Shown: positions 21,992 to 35,680 of the stretch, in pieces
Layout: each line of letters opens with the position of its first letter
Position numbering within the stretch: position 1 is the first letter of the stretch
Assembly: GCF_026210795.1 (NCBI RefSeq)
Contig: NC_089431.1
Span: forward strand, 4,030,001-4,094,000
DNA: 64,000 nt
Source of the DNA: Rhizophagus irregularis
Taxonomy: Eukaryota
Direction of reading: 5' to 3'
The notes under the pieces: generated by a model
What the model saw: the letters and a program-made list of their open reading frames with translations, nothing else
Told to the model about the DNA's origin: nothing
Database searches by the model: none
Translations under genes and position numbers: made by a program

Positions 21992-22398
21992 ATGGCAAAT
22001 AATTTTACTAGAAAGGCTGATTTTACTAGAACCATCATAATAAACGTTCCTAAAGTTCAATTCAAAGACCTAGGTTTTTTTTCATACAAAAATAAAGACA
22101 CAAACGAATTTAAAATTAGAAGAAATATAATTGCACGTTTTAAAAAGTATGAGGAAAAGATGTATCCCGTTTATTTCTTGTAGATAATAATGGAAGGAAT
22201 TTAAGTAATTCAATAGTGTTAGACTCAGAAAATAACCAAATTAAAGGTAATAGTATTTATCCAGCTGAAACCGGTCCCGTTTCATATAAGATTAACTGGG
22301 CTCAAGACTATAGAGTTCTTTTCATAATTAATAGACACAATTCACTATTCATGAGAGTGAGAGCAATGAATCCGAAACGGCAAGCTGTTTCAAGGTAA
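21992..22398 (+). pseudogene. Family B small protein with a single frameshift in an A-run (~22155)
   Basis: Two track ORFs (21992 and 22216) join into one homologue of 17473-17877; could be a sequencing error. Confidence 0.7.
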
Positions 22399-24180
22399 GA
22401 CTTATTAAAGTTTCACTCGTACGATTGGTTATTTACCAATTCAAAAATACATTTTACAATCAAAAATTATTTATTTGTTGAAATATTTTTCTTTTTTGAG
22501 AAAAAAAAATTATTTTTTATGAACTAAAATATATTTATTTTCTAATATGATATTAGGAGTACTCTTTTGTAATTTCAGCTTATACATGTAGAAAAAAGGA
22601 AAAGAAGCAGTAGCTGTTGGATATTTAAATGAATCATCCGACCAAACTAACGTTATAAAGAATGGAAAATGAATATGATGTCGAACTTCCAAATTTATAA
22701 TAAGGTTTTTTATTATTCAATAAATATAAATATATCTATTTTTAAATGTTAAATGTATTTCCTTTTTTTGCTCTTTTTACTATTAAAGGATATTTAATTA
22801 TTAAGTTCTTTATCATTTTATCTAGTAATACTTTTTTTTTTAGAAAAAGAAATTATAATATTTGTATTTATGGTGTAGAATTGCAAATATAAATATTGTG
22901 CTGCAACATCTGATGTAGTAATTGAATATTATTTTTATTTTATTTATTAATTATTATTGAAGCTTTTATAGATTATGCGTATAACATATAATAAATAAAT
23001 AAAATTCAAATATATTGAAAGAAATCTAAAATGCCCGACCCAGACCTAAGCATTTATTCTGTAGACTGATATTTTTTATGAATATCGTACATGTGACTGT
23101 ATAATCTAAATCCGCCCGTCAGTATTTTTATTTTTTCAAAAAAATTTTTTATTTGAATTATTTGAATTGAATTATATACTGTATGTTCCAAACTATAAAA
23201 AATAGGACTGTAAGTAACGAAGGGTATGCGGATGTGCATACTAACTTATTATTATATATATATATAAATTTCGGGCTTCCAGCTTCTGGTATGGAATTCT
23301 GAATGGTAAGCTAGTTTTATTTGGATAGGTTTGAATAAACTTTAAGAGACGTACTAACATTTCTTTTTATTGTTTTGTAGTTTTCTGGTATAACATTTTA
23401 GAAGATAAGTTTTTTTTTTTTGGAAAGGGAGCTCACCATTAGCTTTAGGAAACAAACTAATGTTCCTTTTTTAATTTTTATGATTCTGCTAATTGGTATA
23501 TCAATTTTTTTAGGGAAAGGTTTCGCTTGAACGTATTTTTAGGTTCTGGGTTTGGATTTAGATTCCGGGCTTTGAACTATCCAGCGTATCCTGAAAAATG
23601 TCTCTAAGGGCGTGTCGAATAAGATTTTTGTTTTTAAGTTCCTTAGGATACTTATGAAAATTGAAAAACGGAGGGATTTGACATACTATGCACTCACGTG
23701 GTCTTTTCACTGGCATTATGCCATTAAATGCGGCGTTTTAGCATTAAGAGTGACAAAGTATTTGACGAATAATTTATATTAAAATAATTTTATTTATATT
23801 AATAATGAAAGACCAAATTAAATTTCATAGTAAACATCAGGAAATTTTTTTATATGTAAAAAATATGCAATATTTTGTGTATATTTAATATATATAATGT
23901 ATTTTCCATACAATATATTGTAAAAAAATGGGTTAATTTTTATATAAATTTGTACAAAGAATTATACATATAATATTGTTAATTATATTGCATAAATTTT
24001 AGAAATTTAACTATTTGTGCAATATTGAATACCCTGAAAAATTTGTGATGAAGTTATGATAAAAAAAATATAGTATTTGTACCAATTGCACTTTTTTAGA
24101 ACTCAGTTGATGATATATTTTAAGATATATAGTATTAGTTTAATAAATAGAAATTTTAAATTTGAAAATTTTAACATATC

Positions 24181-24593
24181 TTACCTAAGCTGATCAAGTT
24201 CATCTGTTGCAATAAACTCAGTCCTTGGTTCCGCTTTAAGAATTAATTTATCCTTCCAAAACAGTCTATAACTACAATCCCATTCTAGGTCAAAAGAATC
24301 AACATCTCCAAAATTTACAGATTCAATGAATTCTGGTTCACCTTTGTTAACGAGTTGTTTAAGAATTATGTGTTTTGGAATTTCAAGATATTCATGATTA
24401 TTATTTATAAAGGATAGTAATGCAGAGGAACTACAATGTTGTCTGAGCTCTATGCCTCTATGTGAATATTTTTATTGAATTTAATATAAACTTTCTTATC
24501 ATCTAAGAAATCGCGGATATAAGAACTTTGAAATCGGTACTGATGAAACTGATGCTTTTTAATAATGCTATTACGAATTTTTGCAAAAAACAT
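24181..24593 (-). pseudogene. Family A gene disrupted by an 8-bp duplication
   Basis: 413 bp = 405 + 8; GCTCTATG-CCTCTATG at 24447-24462. Confidence 0.8.
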
Positions 24594-24959
24594 TTTGATT
24601 CTGATCAGTTATAAAAAAGTAAAATTTAGAATGCAAAAAAGTAATAATATAGTTTTTTAAATAAATGGGCTAATAATAATGACTCAAAATGACTTAAAAA
24701 AAATGACAATTTTAGAAAAATCAATTATGTAATTAATTGTGGCTTTAAATTAGATAAAGAAAAAATTTTTTAAATCAAATCATTATCTTACATAATTAGA
24801 ATATTTTAGTTTTATTATTTCCTAAACCAAGAAATAAACAAACCATAAAATTTCTATATTATTATCAAACCTATCATTGGTTTGTTGTAAGTATTTTTAT
24901 GGATGTTTATGTGTTGTATTTATATGAGTTAACTAAACTATACAATATCTATATTATCG

Positions 24960-25494
24960 GGTATCCGGGCTATTCGCCGAAGTCCATTTCACCGAAACCC
25001 ATTTCGCCGAAGCCATTTCGCCGAAGGGATATTTCACCGAAGGGATATTTCGGCAAAAGGGCGTTTCCCCGAAATATTTATACTAAATACATAAAGAAGT
25101 GTTCCTAGAAAAATTTGAATTAGCTGATTTTTATTAAATTTATCTCGTTCGGCTTGTTTATAATATATTGCAGTAATAACCTTTTTTTTACTTACTTTTT
25201 CGTGAATAAATATTTTCAGGAAAATAAAAGTTATTTAATTCTTATCAATTAATATCAATTACTTGAATGTTAGTTAAAAATATCCTGGAAAAAAAAATTT
25301 CGTTGCGCGATGAATATTTTTGTTTAATGTTAATCGCTACCATTTCGGCGAAATGGATCGGAATTCGTCGAAATGGACGATTCGGTGAAATGGATTCGAT
25401 AAAATGCACTTTCGGCAAAACGTCCTTTCGGCGAAACGTCCCTTCGGTGAAATATCCCTTCGGTGAAATAGCTTCGCCGAAATGTATTGTAACC
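24960..25494. mobile_element. Mutator/MULE-like non-autonomous element with ATTTCGCCGAA repeat arms
   Basis: 9-bp TSD ATATTATCG (24951-24959, 25495-25503); GG...CC ends; repeat arrays in opposite orientation; empty site at ~40343. Confidence 0.85.
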
Positions 25495-26204
25495 ATATTA
25501 TCGTACAGCTAATGCGATTTATTAATAAATAGTAAATATTTTCTTTTATATTTTTTACATATTAAACTATTAAACTTTATCATTTATTGTTTATAATTTA
25601 CAAAATATAAAGCTATAAATATGTATTATATTAGCAATAATCCTTTAAATTATTTAAAATTTTTTTCTTTTTTACGTAACAATATACAAATTTTAGATAT
25701 ACAAATGTCCGAATGGATATATATTGTTCATTAAATGTCATTATGATACTTATGATACTCAACGTCCCGTCGATGATTACAGATGATGATGTTAGCTTGT
25801 TACTGTTATACGATTAAATGCAACAGTTCTTTATATTAATCGATTGTATAAATAAATGAATCAATAGATGTGTATGGCGGTTTGTTGCGTTGACTCAGGG
25901 CTATTAACAATGTCTCTTGGGTAATTATAGTATAAAGGTTAATTATATACAAGTGAGTACAATCTCTCCAGCAGATAGAGCTCCTGATGAAAAGTTGTGA
26001 GTATAAGCACAAGTGGGTTTATACATGAACTAATTGAACTATACAAGATTCACAATTTAGACATTGTTCAATAAATCTAAGAGAATTTTAAATGTTAATA
26101 TTAATTCTTAATTTAAATCAACATAAAGAATAATTATATGTTTATTGAAAGAACCCGATTACATAAATGATAATTATTTATAAAAGAGAATAATGATTAA
26201 GAGG

Positions 26205-27286
26205 ATTAAAAAAAAGAAAATTTCTTAGTAATTTTGAAATACTTCTAATTCTTCTACAGAAAATTTACTATTACTATTTCTGATCGGTCTATCATAGGAA
26301 GCTTTTGTACAAACACTATTATTAAATAGTTTACTTCCGCGTAAAATAAGATCCCCTTCTTCAAATGATAGGCCACAACTACTATGATGAGATATGGTAA
26401 AATTTGTATTCCTTACACGACTCAAAATATGATTCTCGACACTTTTATTATCGAAAGAGAATATGAAACTATCGTAAGTAGCGACATAGATACCACCAGT
26501 TTTCCATTCAATTGGATTACTATATCCTTCAAGAATTTCGTTACTATTCCTTACTTTAATAATAGTTACGGTGCGAGCTTGATTATTGCAGGCTTTACGA
26601 AATTTATTGCTATTAAATGCGTTAAGAGATCCATGAAAAATTAATTTAAATTCATATGAAGCATTTTAAAGATCTAGTAATCCATTAATCCATCTCAAGA
26701 TTGTTCTAATGTAATAATGTTTGAAACAATATTTGTAATATTAGCTAACCTACTGTAAATATCTGTGGCTCAATATTTGGAATATTACTTGTACTTGTCG
26801 ACTGAAAATCTTTTCAAATGCCTGAGCTTCGGGTTCAATCTCTTTAGTCTTCTCCGGTTCTGATTGATCAATTTGTTTATGATCGTGATCCAAAAAAAGT
26901 TTTACTAAATGTCTCAGATAGAATTTCTCTATAAGGAACTACATTGTCTAAAAATTCTTTTAAACTAAAATTATCGAACTTAATTAAAGAAATACATTGT
27001 TGTAAAGTATTTTTAATGTACTAAAATCATTCTCAGTAAAGCTTTCAGGATCAGAAGGAAGTCCTGGATTTTGATCGAGCCCCCATTTAAGAACATGATT
27101 CCAAATTTGAACTTCATTCATTTTAAGATTATGATTATTTTGAATAAGAGAAACCAAAATATTTTCCGGAATCGAAGAAAAATTATTTGAATTGAATACT
27201 ATCTTATCTGGTTTATTTGTTATAAGATCGTTACAATAATTTTGAAGTACTGATAAAGAATTATTATTTTCTAAACTTGTTTGAAA
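26205..27286 (-). pseudogene. BTB-BACK-TLDc pseudogene, 5'-truncated
   Basis: Aligns to 35681-36770 and 40954-42040 with frameshifts and deletions; similarity stops abruptly at ~27287. Confidence 0.88.
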
Positions 27287-27659
27287 TCTATCTATAATAA
27301 CTAAAAAAATTTGTCTGACGTTTGGATTAGTCTCCGTATAAATAATTTGAATTGTGTAACTTGAAATCCCATGCCATATAGTTAAAACCCGTGACATGAC
27401 ATGCCTCCGCCTGGATCTATTTATGGTCAAAAAACTATTCGATCCGTTCGCATTCCAATCAACTACATGTAATCCAATTTCAGTTAATAAAATTTTACCT
27501 TAATCGGAATTTTTTTTAAAATTTTTTTTATTTTTTTTCGATCTTTTTTTTTTAATGAAACGTACAAAACTAAATCATTTCAGTGGGTCTGAACCGAGTC
27601 ACAAAAAGAAAGTAATGAAACATTACCTTAAAAAAGATTGAAAAAATTTTTTACCCAAT

Positions 27660-28429
27660 TAAGGTTAATCGATTAATTAATCGATTAATTAAATCGGTTA
27701 AAAATGCAGAAACAGATACTGTATTTATTTTTTTATTAGTTATATAGATTTATGTAAAAAATATAAAAAAATTTAAATTGATTTATTTAAACAAAACTTT
27801 ATTAAAAGTGGCTATTTAACATGGATGATAACTAACTAAATGATGATTTTTATGAATATCAATCGTGACTATAGGAATGTTGAAAGTATTGAAGAATTTT
27901 TATCTGTGTCGCCAAAGCTTGCATCTCCTACAATTTCTAAAAGGTCGTCATTTTTTGAATCAACAACTAGTAGTCACTAGTCAGCAGCAGCAAACAAAAA
28001 ATCAAAAGGTATTGCTTAAACATCGCCTTGGCGATCATCGCCTTTACCACTCCTTTACCAGAATTAGGATGGCATTTTGGGCGGAGTTACATTCATATTC
28101 TTAATTATTCTGCCCAAGTTCCATCCTAATGCTGGTAAAGGCAGGAGATGTATAGTATTTTTTTATTAAATATTTTACAAAATTTCTCTGTTTTTATTTT
28201 TATTTTTAACGATATTTATAAATATTTTTTGTAATTATTTCGGACATTAATTATGTTATGTGATAGTACGCAAAATGTTAATGGCAGGTTAAAATTGTAA
28301 AATTTATTATATATTAATCGGCTAATTAACCAATTAATTAACCGATTAATTAATCGATTATTATTCGATTATGGTAGCTGGTTAATCGATTATTAATCGG
28401 TTAAGGTTTTTTCGGTCTTCCAACCTCTA
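27660..28429. mobile_element. Degenerate hAT-like element remnant
   Basis: TTAATCGATTAA clusters at both ends; right end CAACCTCTA; no left TIR or TSD found. Confidence 0.45.
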
Positions 28430-29199
28430 TTCCGAACTACTTAATTGCCGATCCGTCTAAAATCGGCACTATTTTTCGGGGGGTATCAGGTAATTAATGG
28501 TTAAATTTAAGCAAAAATCGCACAATTGTGAGAAAACTACATAATACTAGAGAAAGGAATAGCTCATTATATATAATAAAAATCAAATGATATATGTAAA
28601 AAAACCCAAGGAAAAATAATATGCTAAAATAATTATACCTTTATTATTGAAAAAACAACTTTACATTTTACGCGCGTCAGATTCCACTTTTACATGAATT
28701 TTGATAACTTTTTATTATATTATTATATTTAAATATCAACAAATGGCTTATAGTAATTATCAACCAACTCCAAATTACTTCCAAATTACTAAAAAAAAAA
28801 AGATACTTATTAATTATTTAATTGTCAATTCGTTTAAGATTGACTTTTTTAGCATTATATGTTCGGGCGAAATTTAACGAAATTGCATATCTGGCAATAC
28901 TGTAATTGAATATTAAATAATAATATTTTTACAAAATCATCAGTGTTACAAAAAAAGGAGTTATATAATCAACAAAAAGAAAACGCAGGGGCCAATATGT
29001 GACGTGGGAAGGAAAATTGAGTGGGTTAACACAAAATCGTCTAATGCAGTACAATAAAATGTCTTTCACTAACGCTACGGACAATTAATGATCTAACTAT
29101 ATTAATCATAATCATTTTGATTTGATGAAATATTGTAATTGAAAAATGAGCAGAAATTGAATCATTTTCATAACTATGATATATTCGATAAGAACTTAA

Positions 29200-32100
29200 A
29201 TATTATCCAATAGTTAACAGATATTTTTTGAAAGAATACTTATTTATTAAATTACTAATAGGTTTAATTATTGATTATTAATAGCTCAAATAGATTATTA
29301 GAGTGGCTTAGTTAAACGTACTACTATTTCAGTAATTAATTATCATTATTGTTAAAAAATTAAAATGGCTTCGTGATGGCTGATCTTGATTTGGGTTTTA
29401 AATGAAAATTTTATTTTAATTCATATATGATAATAAATTATTAATTTAATTTGGTAATTATGATAAATAAAAACATCTAATGCATCATCTTATGAAGAAG
29501 AACAATTTAAAAAAATTTTATTTTTCTATTGTCAAAATTTTTTTTTTTCATTGTCAAAAAAATCATTTCATTGACAAAAAAAGTTTTCGTAAGAAATTTT
29601 TCTCAAATTGATTTATTAAAATATAAATCTTAATATTTAGCAATGTTTACAGTAGTAACAATATGTATATACATATATGTTTATTCATCTCAAATGCAAA
29701 ATACTGTACAATAATTCCAACGCACCATGATAATCATTTTCATATTTGCAAATTTGAACCAAGTTAAATAATAACAACTTGAAAAAACAGATAAAACTTT
29801 GATTAAATTCTTTCAATCATAAAGAATATAAAATGGTCCATGATTTAATCATATCTGGAAATGTGTACCTAGATAGGTAGAGTAACGTACAGTAAAAACA
29901 TAACATTACTAATTTACGTTACTCCTTTATAATGTAAAGCATAAAACGCAAGGTAAATAACATACATTAGTTCTCTTGATATAAGTCACAGAACTGAACG
30001 TGAGTTGGAATAAGCGAAAATAATCATATTTATATGCCTAAAAAAATTTATAATTTTTTGATTTATTGATATACTATAAAATATGTATTTAACAGATATA
30101 TTTATTCATTTTAATTTACGTTATAATTTATTGGAAAGTTAATATGCAGCCAGTCAATCATTTTCTTTTTTTTTTAAAATTCAGATCGAGAAACTTTAAA
30201 TTTTTTGGTACGTCGCATAATCAACTAAGTGATCGGACTAATAAATCCTATCAAAAATAACCAAAAAATTTCTTTCGATTGGTTTACAATAATATTGTAT
30301 TACATAATATTATTTGTTGTACAAAATATTTAACGAAACAAATTGCACTAACGACTAAAAATTTTAAAGTCGTAATGTAAAATAACAAACTAGTTTTCAT
30401 AAAATTTTTTCACAAAATAAAAAAAAAATTACGTATTGGACATAAAATAAAAAATGTTAAACCTTAATTTATTGCATATAGATTATTAAATATGCGATTA
30501 TTAATTTCCTGTACTTTTATAATTTTAATAAAATATTCGAATATGCAAGTAATCTTTAATACATAAAAGTTTTTTTTTTTTTGTCATTTTACCATTCGAT
30601 AAAATTTATTTTCATTTATAACTAACAACTATTATGTATAATAACAAACTGATTATAAAATACAAATTTAAGGATCATTGTACTGTACAAAGAAAATTAA
30701 CTTGAATAATATTTTGTTTAAAGATTTATTTTTTTTTAAAAAAAAAAAGAATTTATTTTTTGAAATGTTTTTCGTTAATTTTGTTGCTCAAAGCCACACA
30801 CATTATTGGGAATTCAAAAATTCTAAAATTCGAAAATTGGGTTCAAAAAAAAAACAAATCATGTTGTATTTTAAAACTCCCATATTTAGATATTTTAAAA
30901 AATTTTTTTTTTCTCTTTATAGAATAAAAAAATTCGTACTAATTTTATTTGGCATGCTAAACTTTAACACGTGCTCACGGCTGCAGTACAAATTTTCTGG
31001 TTATAGGCTTTTTTTAAAAAAACTTATCCATTTTCGAATTAGCGTGATCGGGCGATTTAACCAATCAAACCGATTTATTAATTACTGCTTTTTTATACTA
31101 CGAAAAAAAACACCATAACAGATAATTATTTTTTTTTTTTTAAAAAAAAAGCAAGAACCATAGACCTATTTTATTTTATCCAAAAATGCTTCTAGAACAT
31201 TTTATCCTAAAGCATAAGGTAAAAAATATTTTTTTTGTTCCATTTTATTTCTAACTTTTTTTTGGGATGCCTATCAATGTCGCAAATTCTTTTAATATAA
31301 GTTTTATTTATTTTTTTTTTTAAAAAAAAAATAATAATTTTAGACAAATATTTTATCCTACAACCAAAACATTTGTTGAATCGTACAATGATTCTATGCT
31401 TTGTGTATATCACTGCGGCTGCGAGCACGTGTTGAGAAAAACAGTACTGCGATTAGAAAATTATGAAATAAAAAAAAAGGTAGTACGAATTTTTTGGAGA
31501 AAAAAAAACTTAAAAATATTTATTATGTACCAAAATAACAAATCATGTTACACTTTAAAACTTTCATATTGGGATATTTCACCCCAATTTTCGAATTTTA
31601 GAATCTTTGAATTCCCAATAAATAATATGTGTGGCTTTGAGATGCAGCAAAAAATAAATAAATAGTAAATAAATAATTTTTTTTAAAAAAAAAATATTAT
31701 TCAAGTTACTTTTAATTTTCTTTATTTATTCTATTTATTATATATTAACTGTTAAATGATTATATTTACGTAAAAGTCATTAAGTTACAAATAAAAATAA
31801 ATTTAATCAAATGGAGAAAAAAAACTTTTATGTATGATTATGCAGTTTCATTTTTTGTATATTCGAATTTTAAATTTTTGACTTTAAATTCTTTAAATTA
31901 GAAATTAATAATTGCATAATAACAAACTATGTGCAATTTAAAATTTTTTATTTTATGTCCAAATACGTAATTTTTTTCGATCACTTGATTTATGCGACGT
32001 ACCAAAAAATTTAAAGTTTCTAGAAAATGATTGACTGGCTGCATATTAACTTTCCAATAAATTATAACGTAAATTAAAATGAATAAATATAACTGCTAAA

Positions 32101-33000
32101 TACATATTTCATGATAGTATATCAATAAATCAAAAAACTATTAAATTTTTTTTAAGCAAATAAAAATTTATACGCACGTTATTTTATCATCTAGGTACAA
32201 TTGCCAGATATGATTAAATTATGGACTATTTTTGTATACTTTATGATTAAAGAATTTAATCAAAGTTCTATCTGTTTTCAAGTCATGAAACACTCCCTAA
32301 ACTTTGTTCATTATTAAATTTACAAATATGAAAATGATTATCATGACGTGTCGGAATTATTATTTTACATTTGAGATGAATAATAAGCGTATATTGTATT
32401 CTGCTGTAAGTATTGCTGAAAACTACCACAAAAGTATTGGACTTAACCCGCCTAGTGACATCATCTTGACTCCCCTTATTGTAAAATATATTGTCATGTT
32501 AGTACCACATAGTGAATCAAGAACGACATTTAAACATCATTTTAGAAATCAGCTCGAAGAAAAAAATTTTATTGCTTATTATTTTTTTTGTTATCATATA
32601 CAAAACAATAAATTTCCTTGATTCAACTCATTATTAAACCTACAGTCCTACAGATTATTTCTCGTCATAAGATGATGCATTAGATGTTTTTTTTTTATCT
32701 AACGAATACATTCTTTATTGATTAGATGCTTTTATTTATCATAATCACCGAATTAAATTGAATGGATATGCGGTAAAAACTATTATTATATAGACTAAAA
32801 TAAAATTTTCATTCAAAGTCAGAATCAAGATCAGCAATCATGAAGCCATTTACACTCTTCTGATTTTTTAACAATAATGATAATAATTATATATATATAT
32901 TTTTTAATTTCGAAATTGGAAATTCAATCACTAAGCCACTTACATGTGAGAAATCCATTGTTAATTTTACAAACGAGTAAGTATCTGTTAATAAATAAAG
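29200..33000. repeat. Large imperfect inverted repeat (arms ~29200-31000 and ~31400-33000)
   Basis: Nested reverse-complement matches, e.g. ~29345-29420 vs ~32795-32880, ~30120-30240 vs ~31975-32090, ~30780-30845 vs ~31580-31650, ~30965-30990 vs ~31410-31435. Confidence 0.85.
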
Positions 33001-33107
33001 TTTTATTATTGAATTAAATACTCTGTCATAATTATAAATATGCCCTAGTTTCCGCTAATCTTGCAATTACAACTTCCCTTCATACTTTTTTTTTTATAGG
33101 TATCATA

Positions 33108-33488
33108 ATGTCAACAACCTTGAAAACGTTAGCTAATTTAACTCATAAATTACGATTTAGAGGTTCAATTTCATATAAAAATAAGAAACAAAATGAAATT
33201 ATCAGGAAATTAGTCATTACTAATAACCTCAAAGCAACTTTTAGAAAAGATAAAGGGAATGTATCCCATTTATTTTTTGTTAACAGAAAGGAAGAAAATA
33301 TAAAATTACATGATCTAGTAGTGATTAATTCAACGAATGGTACCTTAGTTAAAGGTAATCATTATCCAACTAAGACGGGTCCTTATTCATATAAGATCAA
33401 CCAGGCTCTAGACTACAGAGTTTACCTTCAAAATAATCACATTTTAAGTCTATCAAGCCAAAACCGGCAAGTAGTTTTTTCAATGTAA
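33108..33488 (+). CDS. Family B small protein, diverged paralogue (126 aa)
   Basis: Shares SYKNK, LF.V, KGN.YP..TGP.SYKIN.A.DYRV and terminal SM with 17473-17877; 5' and 3' flanks are also homologous. Confidence 0.8.
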   Translation: MSTTLKTLANLTHKLRFRGSISYKNKKQNEIIRKLVITNNLKATFRKDKGNVSHLFFVNRKEENIKLHDLVVINSTNGTLVKGNHYPTKTGPYSYKINQALDYRVYLQNNHILSLSSQNRQVVFSM

Positions 33489-34322
33489 GACTTATTAAAG
33501 ATTCACTCATACGATTGGTTATTTATTAATTCAAAAATACATTTTACTAATTAAAACTATATTTATTTATTAAAAGGCCGGTTGATGTCGATAAAAAAAA
33601 ATAGGCGGTTAATAAATATTAATCCTAAGTAAAATCATTAACAAGAGTTTGCATATGCAGAATATATCAAGAAATATTGTTCATTGTTTTTTTTTTAAAA
33701 AAAATGATATTGTCCAAAAAAAATATATAAGGTACTTGACATTTTAAGATAAGATGATTCCTTTTTTTATCTTAAATAGGTATATAATTTTCTTTTGTTA
33801 TCATTTTTTGTATTTTTTTTATTTTCTATCATTTTTCTTAAAAAAATATCTCTTGGTCTTTTATTCGATTTTATTTACTGAATTGTTTGTTTACATTTAA
33901 ATAAACCGGATTAAACTACATATATATTATATACTATACGCCTTTTGTCTAAATAATGATAACAAATAATATATTTAATATATAGACTTTTATAAAAATT
34001 GTAATTAATATAAACTAAGATTTAATGTAAAATTATAAAATAATCTATTCAGCTTAATTACTAAAATTTAGATAGTAATAATTATGTAATCAATACTTTG
34101 TAATAATAATGAAAAATTGTAGGCCATAATTTCAGCCAGAATTACGAATCATATGACCTTTTAAAATTTTTAATCTTACCGTGAAAATCAAAAAGAAATA
34201 CAGTAGATATATTACATCTCACGTGATTATTCTTAAGGACAACGATCGTCAGAAGTCACATGTATAAAATAAATACCTCCGAAGCGATGAAAATTTTTCA
34301 TACATACGTTTTTTTATTTTAG

Positions 34323-35420
34323 GTATATTTATGGAAGAAAACTTACTTTGGAATAACATGATATTTCTGATATCTTCAAATTTTGGTTACTACGAATTAA
34401 GCCTTCAGGAATTGAACAACTATTTACAATCCTTTGTGATAAAAACAATGTTGAATAGAACAAAATTTTAACTTTCTTGGAGTAATAATCTTATATTAAA
34501 GAAACCAGAAGATTTATTCAAATCGCTTAATTTCTCTTTAATTTCAGATAATGTTTTGATTTCACTTGTTCAAAATGATAGTCTTCAGATGAGAGAAATT
34601 CAGGTCTGGGAACATGTACTTTTGCTCAAAATCCAGAACTTCCTTCTGATCTTATAAATTTTTCAATAATGATTTTAATTTATTAAAAAATACGTTGTAA
34701 CAATGTATTTCCTTTGTTAGTTTTATAATTTAACTTCTCAAGAGTTTTCTGATAAAGTATTACCTTATAAAAAAATTTTACCAAAAGAATTATACATGGA
34801 TTTATTAAAAACCTTCTTTAAGCATACATCCTTATAGGCGTTATAGCAAATCAAAACCTCGTAATAATATCTATATTGATACAAAAGTAATTGATTCAAA
34901 AATTATCACAATTCAACATTTTGAATTAATTTTAAAATAGATTGATAAATTAAATATTACGGACAATTTAGCTTTTTCAGATGAATTTAAATTAATGCTT
35001 CGTGGATCTCGTGATGGGTTTGCGACTAGTAAATTTTATGAAATTTATGATAACCAACCTCGTATTATAACAATTGTTAAAGTAAAAGACAGTGACAAAA
35101 TTCTTGGAGGATACAATCCAAATAGATAGAGTGCTGTTATTAGTGGTTATGGTAAAACCAGAGAGAGTTTTCTATTCTCCTTTAAAAATTGTGTTAGTAT
35201 TGATAATTATATTTTAAGTCGTGTAAAGAATGAAAATAATGCTATATGGAATAGTTGCTATTACGGTCCATATTTTGGCAGTTATGACTTTGCTTTATAT
35301 GGAAACGATTTTTATAATGAAAGTTATTGTAGAAAAAGTGCTTATGAAGACCCAATCAGAAAAACTGAAGATACGTTTTCTATTGAAGAATATAAAGTAT
35401 TTCAAATTATAAAAAATTAG
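34323..35420 (+). pseudogene. Inverted BACK-TLDc exon-2 pseudogene, closest to the gene at 55078-56587
   Basis: Collinear with that exon and part of its intron; many stops, deletions and frameshifts. Confidence 0.9.
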
Positions 35421-35680
35421 GGTGTATGTTATATATACAGATGATGATGTTAGCTTGTTACTGTGTACAATTAAATGCAACAGTTCTTTATATTAATCGA
35501 TTGTATAAATAAATGCATTCTTCACGCAAATATCAATAACAATTTAAACATTATTCAATAATCTAAGAGAATTTAAAATATTAATATTAAATTCTTAATT
35601 TATATCAGCATAAAGAATAATTATACGTTTATTGAAAGAACCCGTTTACATAATATAAAAGAGAATAATGATTAAGAGGA

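Larger units (their letters stand above)
14075..24945. repeat. Tandem segmental triplication (units ~14075-17300, ~17301-21817, ~21818-24945)
   Basis: CATATTACTAACTATTACAAG marks each unit start; the same order of genes and intergenic blocks recurs; a partial copy lies at ~38530-40330. Confidence 0.9.

Noticed and set aside
24899..25512. Short ORFs with ISPK/FGE repeats
   Set aside because: Translations of the ATTTCGCCGAA repeats of the MULE-like element
30678..31665. ORFs of 73-146 aa in the palindrome centre
   Set aside because: Low-complexity K/F/I content from homopolymer runs; the two arms do not preserve a frame
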